Origin: Chlorokybus atmophyticus
Lineage: Eukaryota > Plantae > Mesostigma and Chlorokybus algae
Reading direction: 5' to 3'
DNA length: 10,071 nucleotides
Assembly: GCA_009103225.1 (NCBI GenBank)
Contig: RHPI01002568.1
Span: forward strand, 1 to 10,071
The stretch's first letter is position 1; each line of letters starts with the position of its first letter. This document shows, piece after piece, positions 7,181 through 10,071 of the stretch. Under the pieces are notes generated by a model that was not told the origin of the DNA, made no database searches, and saw only the letters and a program-made list of their open reading frames with translations. A program made the position numbers and the translations under genes.

Positions 7181-8217
7181 GGACCATGTATGGTCCTTCC
7201 ACGGACCCCGCGGGCCATACATGGTCCGTGCCCCGAGGACCACGAGTGCCTGGTCCCCGGGGGACGGACCGTCCATGGTCCTTTCGGGGCCACGATACCT
7301 GGCAAGCAGTCGCGCACCATACATGGTCCGCGGCCGGACCGGGTGATATACCGGTCCGATATGCCGTGAAAGTCCGGACCATGAATGGTTCGCAGCCGGA
7401 CCAGGCATTTTCCCGGTCCGACTGTCAATGGGTCTACGGACCATGCATGGTCCGGACTACATCAATGCTTGACCATATATGTTCCGGTAGATAACATCAA
7501 AGTGGCTGGTCCGAACCGGAATCCTTGGGCGGACCATTGCTGGTGCACGCTGAGCTTATCGGTCACTTTTGACAAGCAGCACGCACCGTGCATGGTCTGC
7601 GGCTCATGAAAGCTTATACAGGTCCACATTTTTGTAAGATTGCGGACCATTCATGGTCTTTAACCCAACCAGGCTCTTCCTAATCGGATTATCCGCGGGT
7701 AGGGACCATGCATGGTCGGTACCCCATGATTGCTGAACCATGCATGGTTCGAGGTTGGTCCTCACGTAAATGATTCCGATTCGGCATATTATGTAATTAC
7801 ATGGAGTGAAGACTGGGCAGTCGCACCATGCATGGGCCACTACTGGCCACTACCGGCGCGACGGATGAAAAAAGAATGATCTGCAAATTATGGCAGCGGA
7901 GGATGTGCTCATTGACCCCGTTAGTGCATGCATTCAGACAAGTCAATGCATTGACAGGGTCAACCAGCACATCCCTCCCATTGCCATAAGATAATCTACT
8001 GAATATGTTCTCGTACATGATACACGTCATAGCTAAGATTGCACGGACGCTGGGATACAAGACGTAGCCCAGCCTCATCTGCCGTCGGTTCAGGCGTATC
8101 GAACGGTCGGCATATTCAAATTACATGGAGTGAAGACTTGACAGTCGCACCGTGCATGGTGCGACTGTCGAGTCACGTGCATGGGCCAACAATAGGGTTC
8201 CTACCTACATGGTCTGC
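7181..8217. repeat. Array of ~19 imperfect palindromes, consensus GGACCATGCATGGTCC; probable subterminal repeats of the downstream transposon
   Basis: Copies start at 7181, 7212, 7266, 7314, 7376, 7438 (perfect), 7470, 7531, 7583, 7644, 7703, 7735 (perfect GAACC variant), 7823, 8147, 8172 and ~8202. Long-spacer variants GGACC-N10/12-GGTCC start at 7237, 7336 and 7398. Confidence 0.9.
7888..7989. other. ~100-bp fold-back (long imperfect hairpin); MITE-like or pre-miRNA-like
   Basis: Arms TTATGGCA/TGCCATAA, GGAGGATGTGCTCATTGACCC (7898-7918)/GGGTCAACCAGCACATCCCTCC (7957-7978), and inner TGCATT (7929-7934)/AATGCA (7945-7950). Confidence 0.7.
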
Positions 8218-8313
8218 GTAATAGGGTTGCGCTCAGAGAGGGAGCGGCGGCGCTCTGGTTGGTGGCGGCGGCCTCGTTGGCGGTGTCTTTGCTGGCAGAA
8301 TCTAGCTGTACCA

Positions 8314-10071
8314 ATGGCCAGTAAAAAGGCTGTCCGCTTCGCCAAGGACATTAGTACTAAGCTGGGAATCAACTTGCAACCAGCCAGTAAGAGGAACACC
8401 TTTCGTAGGAACAACCGCCTTCGCAGCCAACAGAGTTCCCTACCCTTACCGGAGCAGGCTGATGTTGTCCAGCACCATATGGTTGATGACCAGCCCATTG
8501 AGGCTGTCAACCCTCAGCCCGCCCATGAAGATCCGGCCATGCTCGGGCAGCATAGCGACATCAGCCAGCAGCATGAGCAGTAAGTTGACCACGCTGTTGT
8601 ACCTGGCGTACTGCTCTTCATTGAGTATACATGACAGTATGCATGCCACTAACAATAGGAATGCTGTACATAAACAGCCTTCACCATGCTAAGAGACTGT
8701 CGATCAACTTAGTGCACTTGCTGCCCTGCTGTGATCTCCACTGTCAGCCGATGGTGCCATTGCATGTGGTGTGTCACTGACTGCAAGATTGCTTCAGGCA
8801 TCCCGTGCTTGGACAGCCGACTGTTAATTTGGCCGGCACCAGCAATGAAGCGGCAGCTACACTTCACGAAAGGGAACAGTCAGGTGGACAGCCGACTTTC
8901 GATGTTGCCAGCACCAGCAGTGCCGCGACAGCTCCACTTCAACATCAGGCTGATCCACAGCCGACTGTCAACATGCCCAGCTCCAGCAGCGCCGCAACTG
9001 CTCCACTTCAGCATCAGTCGGATCAACAACCGACTGCTGACATGCCAATTGAAGACATGTTTGAGCCTCTTGGTAGCGATGATGATGATCCAGAACAGCA
9101 AGAAGTGTCCTACACAATTTGCTCTTGCCCAAGGTGCCTTGGCAAGGTGAGCAATCAACTTGTTGCGCGCACAGTTGTCGTACTGTAGCTGCCCATGTCT
9201 GGGAATGCTGCATGCCTGCGACTGTCCGTAGCGCCACCATGCGCGTCCGTAGCCCACCATGCGCGCACTTTCTGCATTGCCATCCATGCTACCTACATTG
9301 ACAGTCGTATGTTGCGATTGGGCAGTGGGTTGAGTTGAAGACTTCATTGGCTCACATGCGACTGGACGAGGCAGCGCAAGAAAGTATGCACCCACCGCCA
9401 ATGCCTTCAGCGCAATGTGATGCACCTCAACCCGGCATTTCTCGTCAACAACAGTCCTCGGAAACACCCACGCAAAAAATGCTGGACAAGTTCATGTCGT
9501 TGCTGACAGACTTGGAGGACTCTCATGCACAGCAATCACTGATCAACAACGTGCTGAAGACTGTTTTTGGTGCCGAAGACTCCATTGTACATCTGGCCAA
9601 GGATCCCGCCTACAACCACAGTCAGCTCCGTAACGATCTCCATGCCTTGCTCGGCCAGCGCAACCCCTCCGAGCCGGCTGACATCACGGCCGTCGATGCA
9701 TTGCTGACTTCCATCGGAATGCCAGAGTCACAGAGATATACAGCATGCACACGATGCAATTATCTCTTTCCAGATGCCTATCCATCAGGCTACGGTGACT
9801 GCGAGGACAGCTGCCAAGACGACAGTCGCCACAAGATTCTGAAACGCTTGTGGGAACAGCCGTGCGGAGGCGAATGCGGGCGCACGCGCAAGGAGTGTAT
9901 AGATTTTTTGTACACGCCCATTGGTCCAAGACTCGGTCCGTGGCTGCAAGTTCCTTCAATCGCATGTGACAACCTTGCTGCTTGGCGAGACAAAGACACA
10001 TGGTTCAACGTGCCAGCAAACCATCCCCCAGCTCCTCAATGGGAAGCTTGGCATGGCAGCAAGTGGAGAGA
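8314..10071 (+). CDS. CACTA/EnSpm (CMC superfamily, Tnp2/TnpD-like) transposase, 5' part; continues beyond the window
   Basis: Exons 8314-8579 (donor CA|GTAAGT), 8798-9146 (TTCAG|G...AAG|GTGAGC) and 9305->10071 (TTGACAG|TCG; 255 stop-free codons) splice in frame. Across exons 2/3: CSCPRCLGK|SYVAIGQWVELKTSLAHMRL (CxCxxC...H, like the CACTA transposase-associated domain). Then YTACTRCNYLF...C..C...CGGECGRTR...FLYTPIGPRL and WEAWHGSKWR, resembling the Cys cluster, YxP(I/L)xxRL and DG..W blocks that precede the catalytic core of Tnp2-family enzymes. The DDE core itself is not in the window. Confidence 0.78.
8814..9047 (+). repeat. Coding tandem repeat (75/69/69-bp period, ~23 aa) in transposase exon 2
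   Basis: CA(G/A)CCGACT at 8814, 8889, 8958 and 9027. Peptides QPTFDVASTSSAATAPLQHQADP and QPTVNMPSSSSAATAPLQHQSDQ. Confidence 0.88.

Larger units (their letters stand above)
7162..10071 (+). mobile_element. Left part of a putative autonomous CMC/EnSpm-like DNA transposon (left boundary tentative)
   Basis: Repeat array followed by a transposase gene is the canonical CACTA layout. AT-to-GC composition shift near 7120-7180. Candidate CAC starts at 7143 (CACGCC) and 7162 (CACACG). TIR and TSD cannot be confirmed without the other end. Confidence 0.55.

Noticed and set aside
7181-7750. CRISPR array (palindromic repeats with unique spacers)
   Set aside because: Repeats are only 16 bp and degenerate, spacing is irregular, the context is eukaryotic with spliceosomal introns, and there are no cas genes. 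Transposon subterminal repeats explain it better.
7838-7853. Two CACTA pentamers (CCACTACTGGCCACTAC) as an element terminus
   Set aside because: They lie inside the repeat array rather than at its outer edge, and pentamers occur about once per kb by chance.
7092-8221. ORFs across the palindrome array (7092-7346, 7117-7428, 7148-7444, 7186-7494 etc.)
   Set aside because: Open on both strands because the GC-rich palindromes supply ATG/CAT and few stops. Translations just repeat GP/PCMV/DHAW motifs.
8191-8228. AATAGGGTT twice (telo-box-like) before the transposase
   Set aside because: Part of a local ~29-bp duplication of the array unit and only a partial match to the AAACCCTA telo-box.
8880-9467. 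195-aa minus-strand ORF (also 9684-10001 and 9790-10008)
   Set aside because: Antisense to transposase exons and spanning its intron.

Overview
Left chromosome end of an intron-rich eukaryote. The rRNA sequence looks green-algal to me, but the host is not established. In order: (CCCTAA)n telomere (1-83) abutting a truncated, apparently degenerate ~820-bp LSU (25-28S) rDNA fragment on the minus strand (~85-909); a purine-pyrimidine/CA tract; an apparently intact 14-exon ascorbate-oxidase-like multicopper oxidase on the minus strand (4492 to ~1145) with all copper ligands and a possible C-terminal membrane anchor built from a (GTT)14 microsatellite; a non-coding, repeat-rich interval (4950-7150) with a possible CACTA terminus and tandem modules each carrying a splice donor; a ~1-kb array of ~19 imperfect palindromes (consensus GGACCATGCATGGTCC) with 31/62-bp phasing and an embedded ~100-bp hairpin (7181-8217); and a spliced CACTA/EnSpm (CMC)-like transposase gene starting at 8314 and running off the window. 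Its catalytic-side exon is absent from the ORF track because it has no stop in the window. Most listed ORFs are antisense or off-frame shadows of these features.
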